NCBI GenBank assembly: GCA_020353515.1
Contig: CP070695.1
Span: 2,279,155 to 2,343,154, forward strand
Reading direction: 5' to 3'
Length of the DNA stretch: 64,000 bases
DNA from: Candidatus Heimdallarchaeota archaeon
Lineage (GTDB): Archaea; Asgardarchaeota; Heimdallarchaeia; Hodarchaeales; Hodarchaeaceae
This document shows, piece after piece, positions 38,726 to 47,301 of this stretch (position 1 is the first letter of the stretch; every line of letters starts with the position of its first letter). The notes beneath the pieces were generated by a model. The model worked only from the letters and a program-made list of their open reading frames with translations. It did not search any database and was not told the origin of the DNA. The translations under genes and the position numbers were made by a program.

Positions 38726-39193
38726 TCAGCTTCGACTTTTTTCGTGTTCCTCCTTCCTTAATCTGGTACTACTTTCCAATGAACCATCAGTACGAACTAC
38801 ACGGGGTACAATGATTATTGTGAGCTTTGACTTTCCTTTTGAGGTACGTAAGCGATTAATGGTATTTGCTCCAGAACAGGTTTCTTGGGACACAATTAGA
38901 GCACCTAACTTTGCATCACTGGCTAAATTTCTATCCATTCCAGGATTTTCTATACGAGTTATTTGACATTGCGTTTTCCTTTTCGAGAAGAAAGTTTCAA
39001 CTGCAATCCGACGGACTTGGAAACTTTGGATAATCTCGCTGTAATTTTTGTGGATTTTATCTAAGTAACTTGGACTAATCAATCCAACATGGACATTTTG
39101 TCCGTAGTGTGCAGCAATATCGAGAAAAAGCTTGTGTCCCATATGTAAGCGATCGAATGTTCCACCTAGTCCAACATTTTCAAATTGTCTCAA
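38726..39193 (-). CDS. coaD: Phosphopantetheine adenylyltransferase (archaeal/eukaryotic type)
   Basis: GGTFDRLHMGHK, IVSQET, IN..R...G, SST.LR. Confidence 0.88.
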   Translation of the reverse strand: MRQFENVGLGGTFDRLHMGHKLFLDIAAHYGQNVHVGLISPSYLDKIHKNYSEIIQSFQVRRIAVETFFSKRKTQCQITRIENPGMDRNLASDAKLGALIVSQETCSGANTINRLRTSKGKSKLTIIIVPRVVRTDGSLESSTRLRKEEHEKSRS

Positions 39194-39324
39194 ATTTTAA
39201 TCTCCATGAATAAGTTCATGGCTTCCTGACTTTTATGAAAGGAAAAATTTATGAATTAAATTAACATTGTTATACCAGCCATGAAGGAAAAAATTCTGCT
39301 TTTCGAGGACCAGAGGATGTATAT

Positions 39325-39552
39325 GAATCTTGGTGCAAATAAGCAGAGAAATCCAGAGCTATTTAATCCGATAAGATTAGAAGACGGGCTCTCGCACGAG
39401 ACTGGGTGTGTCACCCAACAATGAGCGTTAGGGTTAACCCTTCTAACCGACAGGATTACTGGATCGTTAAAGCCCTTCACAAGAGAACTCGGTTGAATAA
39501 GGCCTAATGGCTGAATATGTAGCTGAGAGTTAGTGTCTAGGGCTACAGATCC
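39325..39552 (-). ncRNA. Unassigned ~230-nt structured RNA
   Basis: GC-enriched intergenic block with paired ends, four nested long-range stems and several hairpins; G-U pairs favour the minus strand. Confidence 0.7.
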
Positions 39553-39640
39553 TTTCATTTAGAATTTTTAATCATTCAGAGAGAACTCATAACAAAGAGA
39601 AATAGAATAATAATCGGAGTTTTAATTCTAATTAAAAAGA

Positions 39641-39676
39641 TGTGCAGGTGTCCTGCCGATCCTGCACAAAAAAAAT
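39641..39676 (-). terminator. Hairpin with T-tracts downstream of dnaG
   Basis: TGTGCAGG/CCTGCACA 8-bp inverted repeat flanked by A-tracts on + (T-tracts on -). Confidence 0.5.
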
Positions 39677-39682
39677 TGAAAC

Positions 39683-40927
39683 TTATTCAGAAAAAGTATA
39701 GACATCTATATCTAAGGGTTTCTTTGTAACATCGTGTTGTTTAGCACCAACAATAGTTTTTATTCCTCTTTCTGATGCAACATCGAGAAGTCTTTGGGTG
39801 ATTATCCCATTGAAAATTATTGCTGTTACATCTTCTGTCTCGAGAATGATGTCACGAAGTTCACTGATAGCTATGTGTTCTTTTAAAATTTCAGATTTCG
39901 ATCCAAGTAAAATGGCTTCTTGTTCTGAGAGATTTTCAAGAAATTGGGCAAAATTACGTGGAATTTTTGACATCATGGAAGAACTCGGTTGAGACCTAAC
40001 GATGATTGGGATTTCTTTTGGTTCTGTTTCTGACCGAGACTTGTTTGAAGATTCATCTGATTCAATGTCTTCTGGGGAGATATTCATTTCTTTCATAATT
40101 TGTTCAATTGGGATTTTAGTACGTAAGGATTTTAGAAGCTCTTTGCTAGATAGTTCTTCAACTTCTCGATTCGGGGGAGCCCTGGCAACATAATCTAAGT
40201 CAGTAAGATGAATGAGCTCTCGGAGAATAAGATCACCACCATGGTCACCATCTAAAAAGGCGGTGGTTACTTTTTTTCGAGAGAGTTCAATAACATCAGG
40301 AGGCACATTAGTTCCTTGTACAGCAATCACATTTCGAAAACCATGTTTTAAAAGATTGACAACATCAGCTCGTCCTTCAACGATAATTAAATTGTCACTA
40401 TCTTGAATACCTGGACCAGCTGGTAAATCCTCTTTCCCATATTTTTGAATAATACTAATACGAGCCTCTTTTAGAACTTCATCTAAAACAGAGATGGAAT
40501 CAGGAGCTACTTCATGATCCCAAGTTTTTAGAATCTGAGATGCACGAGTAATAATCTGCCTACGTTTACTTTCACGAACATCTTCTACTTTTAATAAAGA
40601 GATCTTTCCAACACAAGGTCCAACACGATCTACAGTTTCCAAAGCAGCCGCAAGCAAAGCTGTTTCGACTCGATCGAGTGATGATGGGACGATAATGGTT
40701 CCTGTAGTTTTCCGTTGTTTTTTTTGGTATTGTAATTTTACAGCAATTCTTCCTATTCTTGATGTTTTTTGCAGTTCTCGTAAATCTAATCCCTCACCAA
40801 TTAATCCCTCGGTTTGACCGAACAATGCTCCAATAATATCTGAGCGCTCTGCCACACCGTTAATACTAAATTTTTCATGGATAAGATACTTTACAGTTGA
40901 AGTATCGATATCCTCTTCGTTTACCAT
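39683..40927 (-). CDS. dnaG: Archaeal DnaG (TOPRIM primase-like, exosome-associated)
   Basis: GALFGQTEGL, LRELQK..RIGRI, ETVDRVGPC, VEGRADV, DGDHGG. Confidence 0.96.
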   Translation of the reverse strand: MVNEEDIDTSTVKYLIHEKFSINGVAERSDIIGALFGQTEGLIGEGLDLRELQKTSRIGRIAVKLQYQKKQRKTTGTIIVPSSLDRVETALLAAALETVDRVGPCVGKISLLKVEDVRESKRRQIITRASQILKTWDHEVAPDSISVLDEVLKEARISIIQKYGKEDLPAGPGIQDSDNLIIVEGRADVVNLLKHGFRNVIAVQGTNVPPDVIELSRKKVTTAFLDGDHGGDLILRELIHLTDLDYVARAPPNREVEELSSKELLKSLRTKIPIEQIMKEMNISPEDIESDESSNKSRSETEPKEIPIIVRSQPSSSMMSKIPRNFAQFLENLSEQEAILLGSKSEILKEHIAISELRDIILETEDVTAIIFNGIITQRLLDVASERGIKTIVGAKQHDVTKKPLDIDVYTFSE

Positions 40928-41347
40928 GGTTGTTTCACCTCCAATAGTCGCTAGGTGAAACTGCATATATCATTATGATTGGTAAATTTTCTTTCATGGT
41001 GTACTACTATTTCTTAAGTGAATTAAATGTATAAGTATAATAATAATAATGGTGATATGCGGTTCCACTTGCGCAATTGTCTTTAATTTGTGTTTTAATG
41101 ATTTTTAATCAGTGTCAAGTTGATTGAAATTGCCTCATGGATCAACATCACCTTTAAGTGGTGATTTTTTTTGGAATGAAATTTGATTCTATTCCTTCTA
41201 CTACAAGTCCATAGAGGCTCTTTTAAATATGAATTTTTTTGTGAATAAACCTGCAGGACAAGGATTTATTCATTTTGCTTGCTATAGTAACACAAGAATT
41301 CCGAGAATTTTAAATTATGGGTACAAGGAAAAAATAAGCAGAAATTT

Positions 41348-41566
41348 TTATTTCTCAACCTTAACCTTTTTTAGGGCTAATTCGATATCTTTTTTTTCCA
41401 ACGTTTTTTTTCCAGCATATTTAGCGAATTCCCAGGCCAATTTGGCTATTGAAACACCGTACTCTTCCAATTCCTTTTGTAGAGCTCTTATTGCTGATTT
41501 TGAAACCCTCCCCTCTCCTCCTCTTCGAATAATTCGATCAACAGATGAAACTGGGATCTCTACCAT
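41348..41566 (-). CDS. Archaeal histone (HMf-type)
   Basis: EIP...VDRIIR..G..RVS..A...AG.KT....DIELA histone fold. Confidence 0.93.
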   Translation of the reverse strand: MVEIPVSSVDRIIRRGGEGRVSKSAIRALQKELEEYGVSIAKLAWEFAKYAGKKTLEKKDIELALKKVKVEK

Positions 41567-41830
41567 CTGAAATACCTCTAAAAAATTATATATCTGAAAA
41601 TCTTTTTTTGAATTCGGTTCCTAAAGTTTAATAACCTTTAGAAATTCTTATTTTTAATTTGGTTGTATTGTGATCTTATTTACTTATCTTAGGTTTGTGC
41701 AAGAATCAGCTGCATAAGTTTATAATGCTGATTAGGATGGAGCTTGAATCAGTTAAATTCAGACTCTTTCATCGAATACTTCTTTATATTCAGTTGAAAG
41801 ACCGAGAAAGGATAATGGAGTTGAAATTAC

Positions 41831-42349
41831 ATGGGAAAACGACCTGCATACTGCTATTCTCGTGTCGATAGACCACCATATACCCGTAAAAAATACATTA
41901 AAGGTGGCCCTGAACCCAAAATTCGTGCTTTTGATTTCGGATCACCAGGAAAAGAATTCCCGCTCGAAGTATCTTTGATCACTGATGAAAGGTGTCAAAT
42001 TTCGCATAATGCTCTTGAAGCTGCTCGTATACATGTGAATCGTTTTTTGACACGGAAAATTGGACGAGATAACTATCATTATCGTGTTTGCGTTTATCCC
42101 CACCATAGAATCCGTGAAAATAAAATGATGACTGGTGCTGGAGCAGATCGTTTACAAGATGGCATGCGAAAAGCTTTTGGCAAAATTATCAGTGTTGCAG
42201 CTAGAGTTTTTGAGGGAGATCGGATTCTATTCGTACGTACTCACCCTGAGTATTTAGCTTTAGCTAAGGATGCATTAAGACGTGGAAAAGCTAAATTTCC
42301 TGCCCCCTGTCGGATCAAGATCACGAAAGGCCAAGAATTAGTAATGTAA
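41831..42349 (+). CDS. rpl10e: 50S ribosomal protein L10e/uL16
   Basis: ALEAARI, YPHH.IRENKM.TGAGADRLQDGMR.AFGK. Confidence 0.97.
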   Translation: MGKRPAYCYSRVDRPPYTRKKYIKGGPEPKIRAFDFGSPGKEFPLEVSLITDERCQISHNALEAARIHVNRFLTRKIGRDNYHYRVCVYPHHRIRENKMMTGAGADRLQDGMRKAFGKIISVAARVFEGDRILFVRTHPEYLALAKDALRRGKAKFPAPCRIKITKGQELVM

Positions 42350-42580
42350 TAATCATTTTTTCAATCAAATTTCCACTTTTTATGTATTTGAGAGAGTTTG
42401 TGACTATTTTTGCTATTTTTGCCTCCAACAACCAAACCCTCTTGTCAAGTCACGAAAAGAAAGTTAAATCAATTGAAGTGTAATCCCTCAAGTAAAGATT
42501 ATAATTCCATAATTCTAACATCGATATCACAGAAAATCATTACTAGGTTTATTAACTTAAATTTCACTGGGAAATTTTAA

Positions 42581-42675
42581 GACAAAATGATGAAACTGAC
42601 CTAAACTGAGACGAATTCATGATCGGACACCAATTGAATTCGTTAATGATGTTCATGTACCTCACTGATTTATCC
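42581..42675 (+). ncRNA. C/D-box guide sRNA with internal hairpin between D' and C'
   Basis: ATGATGA-AACTGACCTAAA-CTGA; GACGAATTCA/TGAATTCGTT hairpin; ATGATGT-TCATGTACCTCA-CTGA. Confidence 0.85.
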
Positions 42676-42697
42676 ATCAATATTCAAAGATAGGCAA

Positions 42698-43066
42698 ATG
42701 TGGTTTCCATTGCTTGAATTAAAGCAAGTAATTATTCTACGAAAGGATTTGAATATGTCTAAGGGCAAGGCTGCAGCCCAAGCTTCACATGCAGCAGTCG
42801 CTGCCGCCATTAGATCTAAACGAGAGAAACCAAATCAATTTTTACAGTGGTGGAGCACAGGACAGAAGAAAGTTGTGTTAGCTGTAGATTCTGAAGAAAA
42901 ATTACTTGCACTTGAAAATAGATTGAAGTCTACCGGAGTCATTCTGGTAAAAATCGATGATGCTGGCAGAACTCAACTCCCTCCAGGGACAACAACAGCA
43001 TTAGGAATTGGTCCCCATGCTCAAAAAGAAGTTGAAGAAATAACTTCAAACTTGAAGTTATTTTAA
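42698..43066 (+). CDS. pth2: Peptidyl-tRNA hydrolase Pth2
   Basis: KQVIILRKDL.MSKGK.AAQ..HA, GQKKVV, DAGRTQ..PGT.T.LGIGP. Confidence 0.96.
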   Translation: MWFPLLELKQVIILRKDLNMSKGKAAAQASHAAVAAAIRSKREKPNQFLQWWSTGQKKVVLAVDSEEKLLALENRLKSTGVILVKIDDAGRTQLPPGTTTALGIGPHAQKEVEEITSNLKLF

Positions 43067-43112
43067 CGCTTTTTCACCCGTATATATTCTAAGAGCCGAC
43101 AAGTGAGTGTTA

Positions 43113-44213
43113 ATGCGTGTTTTAAAGAAAGACATGAAGAACAATCGGGTAGTTTTAAGACCTGAAAGCGCCACAGATCTTTATATTCTTTCAAATGTTA
43201 TAAGTATTGGTGATCGCGTCATCACTAAGACTAATCGAAGGGTTAGACGATCTGGAAGTGAGGGGAGGTCTGGTGATGATAGTCAACGGATCACCATGGT
43301 TATTGGGATTGAAGCAGAAGATTACGCGTTTCAAGACAGCTCTGTAAGTAATCGGTTACGAGTTAAAGGCAAAATATTCCAAGGCCCTGAACAATACGTG
43401 TCTATAGGCTCTTATCATACACTAAATCTAGAATTAACAAGCGTAATAACCATAATCAAGGCAGAATGGTCGAAATATTTTCTTGAACTGCTGAAAAAAG
43501 CTGAAGAAGCAAGTAAGAAACCAAAAATATGTCTAATCGCAGCTGATAAAGCTGAAATTTGTATTGGAATTCTTGATAATTTCAACCTCAACGTGTTAGC
43601 TCATGAAAAATCTCATATTTCTCGGAAATTATCGAAAGAAAAAGTTCGTTCAAAGCAAACCCAATCATTTTTTGACCGAATTGCGATGATCATCAGTAGA
43701 CAAGTTTTATCTGAAACAAAAAAATTTGTAATAGGTGGCCCTGGTTTTATTAAGGAGCAATTAACAACTTTTTTGAAAAACAAATTTACGAAAGAAGGTA
43801 TTACTATCATTGTAGCTGGATCTTTAAGTGGTGGGAATAGAGTTGGTTTATCTGAACTCCTACAGATGGAAGCAGTGGATAAACTTGCAGCAGATTTCCA
43901 AATTTTCGAAGAAAATAGTTTATTTGATGAATTTTTTAAAAGACTTAATCAAGGAAGCACTAATGTAACTTATGGATTTGTCGAAATTAAAAAAATTGTA
44001 AGTACTGGAGCAATAGAGACATTAATTTTACTGGATTCTCTACTAAAAGGGGGTTCTGGGATCAATCCAGATGAAGTCCAACACTTGCTTCGTGAGGTTG
44101 AGAAAACTCGTGGAAAAATCGTTATAATTTCATCGCATAGCGAAAATGCCAACCAAATCAAAACTTTTGGAGGGATCATTGGTCTTTTAAGATATGCCTT
44201 ACATTGGGACTGA
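43113..44213 (+). CDS. pelA: Pelota/Dom34 ribosome rescue factor
   Basis: PES..DL..L, RLRVKG, GSYHTL, GPGF.K, GGI.GLLRY. Confidence 0.93.
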   Translation: MRVLKKDMKNNRVVLRPESATDLYILSNVISIGDRVITKTNRRVRRSGSEGRSGDDSQRITMVIGIEAEDYAFQDSSVSNRLRVKGKIFQGPEQYVSIGSYHTLNLELTSVITIIKAEWSKYFLELLKKAEEASKKPKICLIAADKAEICIGILDNFNLNVLAHEKSHISRKLSKEKVRSKQTQSFFDRIAMIISRQVLSETKKFVIGGPGFIKEQLTTFLKNKFTKEGITIIVAGSLSGGNRVGLSELLQMEAVDKLAADFQIFEENSLFDEFFKRLNQGSTNVTYGFVEIKKIVSTGAIETLILLDSLLKGGSGINPDEVQHLLREVEKTRGKIVIISSHSENANQIKTFGGIIGLLRYALHWD

Positions 44214-44242
44214 TATTACTCTTTAATTACTCCCCAAAAAAA

Positions 44243-45286
44243 TTATAACTCCCAAAAGTCGTTAAGGATCTTTTTTGATCGTTCTATAGTAAGAATCGTT
44301 TGATTGTTAGGTTCCAAGTATTCAGATGGGTTGTTATAATCTTGATCGGGATGAATGAGGGGAGAGATGTAAGATGAAAGCAATTCTGGGAGCATTTGAA
44401 TGTTATACCCTCCCTCAAGGAAATTAGCAAAAGGAATTTTGAGTTCTGATGCAATATGATGAATTAACATTCCGATTGTTGAAAATCCTTCAGATGTTAC
44501 ACCTAATACTCCAATTGGATCTCTTTCATAACCATCAAACCCAGCTGATATTGCGAGGAAATCCGGTTTAAATTGGAAAATAATTGGATAGATTAACTGT
44601 TCAAAAACAATCTTAAGATCGGCTTCATTCGATCTATAATCCAGAGGTATTGGGATATTGTAACCCCTGCCGTCTCCCCGACCCACCTCTTCTGTGAAGC
44701 CACATCCTGGATAACCAAGCCCAGGAGCAGCATGAGTGCTGATATAGAGGATTTCTGGGGTTTCTTCAAGGATATAAGCTGTACCATTTCCAAAATGCTG
44801 GTCAAAATCTATTATCGCAATTCGTTGATACTTTTTTTGTTGGAGTGCTAATTCTGAAGCTATCGCGATGTTATTAAAGATACAGAATCCACCTGGAGAT
44901 GTTCGCGTGGCATGATGACCAGGGGGTCTAACTAAAGCAAAGATCGACATATTTCTATCACTCTCCCAAACTGCTTTCTTGCCAACTGCAACTGCTTGGC
45001 GAGCTGCTTCAAAGGTATAATTATTAGCTGCAGTATCTGCATCGAAATAAAAATGTCCCATTTGGTTCTGAGATCTCTCAATTAGTTCATAATGGTCAGT
45101 TGTGTGAGTAACAAGAATGTCCTCCTTAGATGCCGATTCATCTAAGATCTCATAGCTAATATTCTCACTAGAGGGTGAGAGGATCCATTCTTCCATAACC
45201 TCTATCCGATGTGCTGATTCTGGATGAAACATCCCGCAAGAGTGTTTTTTTGCTAGTGAGTTGGATATAAACTTCAGTTCTACCAC
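44243..45286 (-). CDS. Zn-dependent histone deacetylase family protein
   Basis: HPES..R, RPPGHHA, GFCIFNN, DFDQHFGNGT, SAGFD, LEGGY. Confidence 0.93.
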   Translation of the reverse strand: MVELKFISNSLAKKHSCGMFHPESAHRIEVMEEWILSPSSENISYEILDESASKEDILVTHTTDHYELIERSQNQMGHFYFDADTAANNYTFEAARQAVAVGKKAVWESDRNMSIFALVRPPGHHATRTSPGGFCIFNNIAIASELALQQKKYQRIAIIDFDQHFGNGTAYILEETPEILYISTHAAPGLGYPGCGFTEEVGRGDGRGYNIPIPLDYRSNEADLKIVFEQLIYPIIFQFKPDFLAISAGFDGYERDPIGVLGVTSEGFSTIGMLIHHIASELKIPFANFLEGGYNIQMLPELLSSYISPLIHPDQDYNNPSEYLEPNNQTILTIERSKKILNDFWEL

Positions 45287-45608
45287 GTTATTTCTTCCTG
45301 ACTTAGTATCAACTTGTCTATCGTCCTATATCGAATGATGAAATATTGATTAAAAGGAGATCTTTTTTATTATCATACTATTCATTATTAACAACTTGAA
45401 AATGTATTATTCGGAAGATGAGATTTTTATTTCATCCTGAAATCATCCCATAAGAGTGAATCTTAAAAGCTGATTTAAAGTATAACAGGTTACTCACCCT
45501 GCACTGATGCTATTATCTTTTCAGGGCAGCATCATATATTCCTATGGTACTTACAAAGCATATTTTTCAAAATATTGATAAATAATTGGTCTTAATGAGG
45601 AAAACCTT

Positions 45609-46094
45609 GTGTCACCAAAGAGAATTATTGTCCAACAAATATTATGTGTGAGAATCACTGATGACACTAGTAAAGCTCCTGGTTTTCAAATATCTGGTTT
45701 AAAAGATTTCGGCCAAGATGAAACAACAGCTAAAGTTGGCTTTATAATTTCAGGGATTCGTGTTGTAGCCTTCCAACAAGTTATTGGTATGGGAATTCGG
45801 ACAAGAGTCAAGTGGATACCAACTGGTTTTGAGATTCGAGAAGAAATCCATCCCCTAGATGGAGTAGTTGTTGACCTTCAACGACGTAATAATGTCATTT
45901 TTGTTGATGGAAAAGATAATTCTGCTGTTGTTATGCAGGGAGAGCCAACAATCCAAGAAAATGGTTTTATTGGTCAAATCCTTCAGGTCAAATGGCAAGA
46001 TAACGAGATCCATATTACTCCCCTCCAGAAACAATCGAGTTTTCATTGTGTTTTAAATCCAAAGAACAATAGAATTGACTGTTTAGTCAAATAA
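45609..46094 (+). CDS. Hypothetical beta-rich protein
   Basis: Clean 161-aa ORF filling the gap; no motif recognised. Confidence 0.6.
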   Translation: MSPKRIIVQQILCVRITDDTSKAPGFQISGLKDFGQDETTAKVGFIISGIRVVAFQQVIGMGIRTRVKWIPTGFEIREEIHPLDGVVVDLQRRNNVIFVDGKDNSAVVMQGEPTIQENGFIGQILQVKWQDNEIHITPLQKQSSFHCVLNPKNNRIDCLVK

Positions 46095-46148
46095 ATATTC
46101 TAAAGACGAACGTTCCCTTTCTTCTAGCGATATGCACTAAACACAAAG

Positions 46149-46517
46149 TTAAACAATTATAGAATCAATTATTGTCTCGGTTCCAGAAATAATCCTCGTG
46201 GAATAACTTTTGCAGTTTGGACATTGAAAAAATGGAGCGAGTTCATTGTGTTCTTGAGAGAAGTCTTCAATTTTACCTTCAAAAGTACAACTTTCGCACT
46301 CTAGTTCTCCAGGCGTCCAAATTATTTCTAGTTCAGATTTAGCTGTCAAATCAGAATCAGCTTTAATTAAATCAAAACAAAAACGGAATTGATCTTCTTG
46401 TACTAAGGCAAATATTCCAAATTTTAAAATAACCTTTCTTATTCTCTCTACACTCCTTTCTTGTGCAATGCTCATTGTAGTCTCAAGTACTGATTGCGCG
46501 AGAGAGAATTCATGCAT
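46149..46517 (-). CDS. hypA: Hydrogenase nickel chaperone HypA
   Basis: MHE N-terminus; CESC and CPNC pairs. Confidence 0.93.
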   Translation of the reverse strand: MHEFSLAQSVLETTMSIAQERSVERIRKVILKFGIFALVQEDQFRFCFDLIKADSDLTAKSELEIIWTPGELECESCTFEGKIEDFSQEHNELAPFFQCPNCKSYSTRIISGTETIIDSIIV

Positions 46518-46588
46518 TTTTATTCAGGAAAGGGTCCTTGGAAGAGATTAAAAAAAATTTTTGTGATGGCTTATATGAGGTACATATT

Positions 46589-47245
46589 ATGCCAGATGTT
46601 CGAAAAATCACGATTGACCAAAAGATTCAAGAAGCAAATGACCTAATAGCTGATAGAATACGGGAAAAACGACGAGAGTACAATATTCCGATGGTTGACA
46701 TTATGGGGAGTGTTGGATCAGGAAAAACCTCAATCCTTGAGTTTTTTGCTCAAAAATACCGTTCTTCTCATAAAATATTGGTAATAAATGGTGATTTAGC
46801 AACAGATATTGATGCTCAACGTATTGGTCGACATGGAAGCACATGTCTTCAGATCAATACAGGAAGGGGATGTCACCTCTTAGCTTTCCAAATTGAGAGC
46901 GCCTTTGAAGAGATTGACTTGACGAATTATGATTTTATTTTTGTAGAAAATGTTGGGAACTTAATCTGTCCTTCTGCAACAGATGTGGGAGCAGATAAAA
47001 AAATTGCTGTAACAAGTATAACAGAAGGGCCATATGTTTTTCAGAAACATCCTATAACCTTTAAAATAAGTCAATTGGCTGTATTAAATAAGATTGATCT
47101 TGCTCCTGCAATGGAACTTGATGTTGATTCAATCATTTCTCAAGCTAATGACCTATACCCTCTACTAGAAACAATTCCAACAAGTACTAAAACTGGAACA
47201 GGAATGGATGTACTGGCTAAAAGAGTCGGTTTAGAACCGAAATGA
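46589..47245 (+). CDS. hypB: Hydrogenase nickel incorporation GTPase HypB
   Basis: GSGKT, TGRGCHL, ENVGNLICP, NKID. Confidence 0.94.
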   Translation: MPDVRKITIDQKIQEANDLIADRIREKRREYNIPMVDIMGSVGSGKTSILEFFAQKYRSSHKILVINGDLATDIDAQRIGRHGSTCLQINTGRGCHLLAFQIESAFEEIDLTNYDFIFVENVGNLICPSATDVGADKKIAVTSITEGPYVFQKHPITFKISQLAVLNKIDLAPAMELDVDSIISQANDLYPLLETIPTSTKTGTGMDVLAKRVGLEPK

Positions 47246-47301
47246 ATCGTTTTGATTGAATGTAGAAAAGAGAATGAAGGAAAGAAGAGAGCTAAAAAGT
47301 A

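Noticed and set aside
39325-39552. Assignment as SRP RNA, RNase P RNA, 5S rRNA or a group I intron
   Set aside because: Diagnostic motifs are absent (SRP helix-8 motif, RNase P GAGGAAAGUCC, paired P7 elements); only fragmentary resemblances were seen.
39256-39558. 100-aa minus-strand ORF between dnaG and coaD
   Set aside because: The composition is not protein-like and no motif is present; the region is better explained by nested RNA stems.
45335-45440. Further C/D sRNAs at isolated ATGATGA motifs (also near 48879)
   Set aside because: No correctly spaced D', C' and D boxes.
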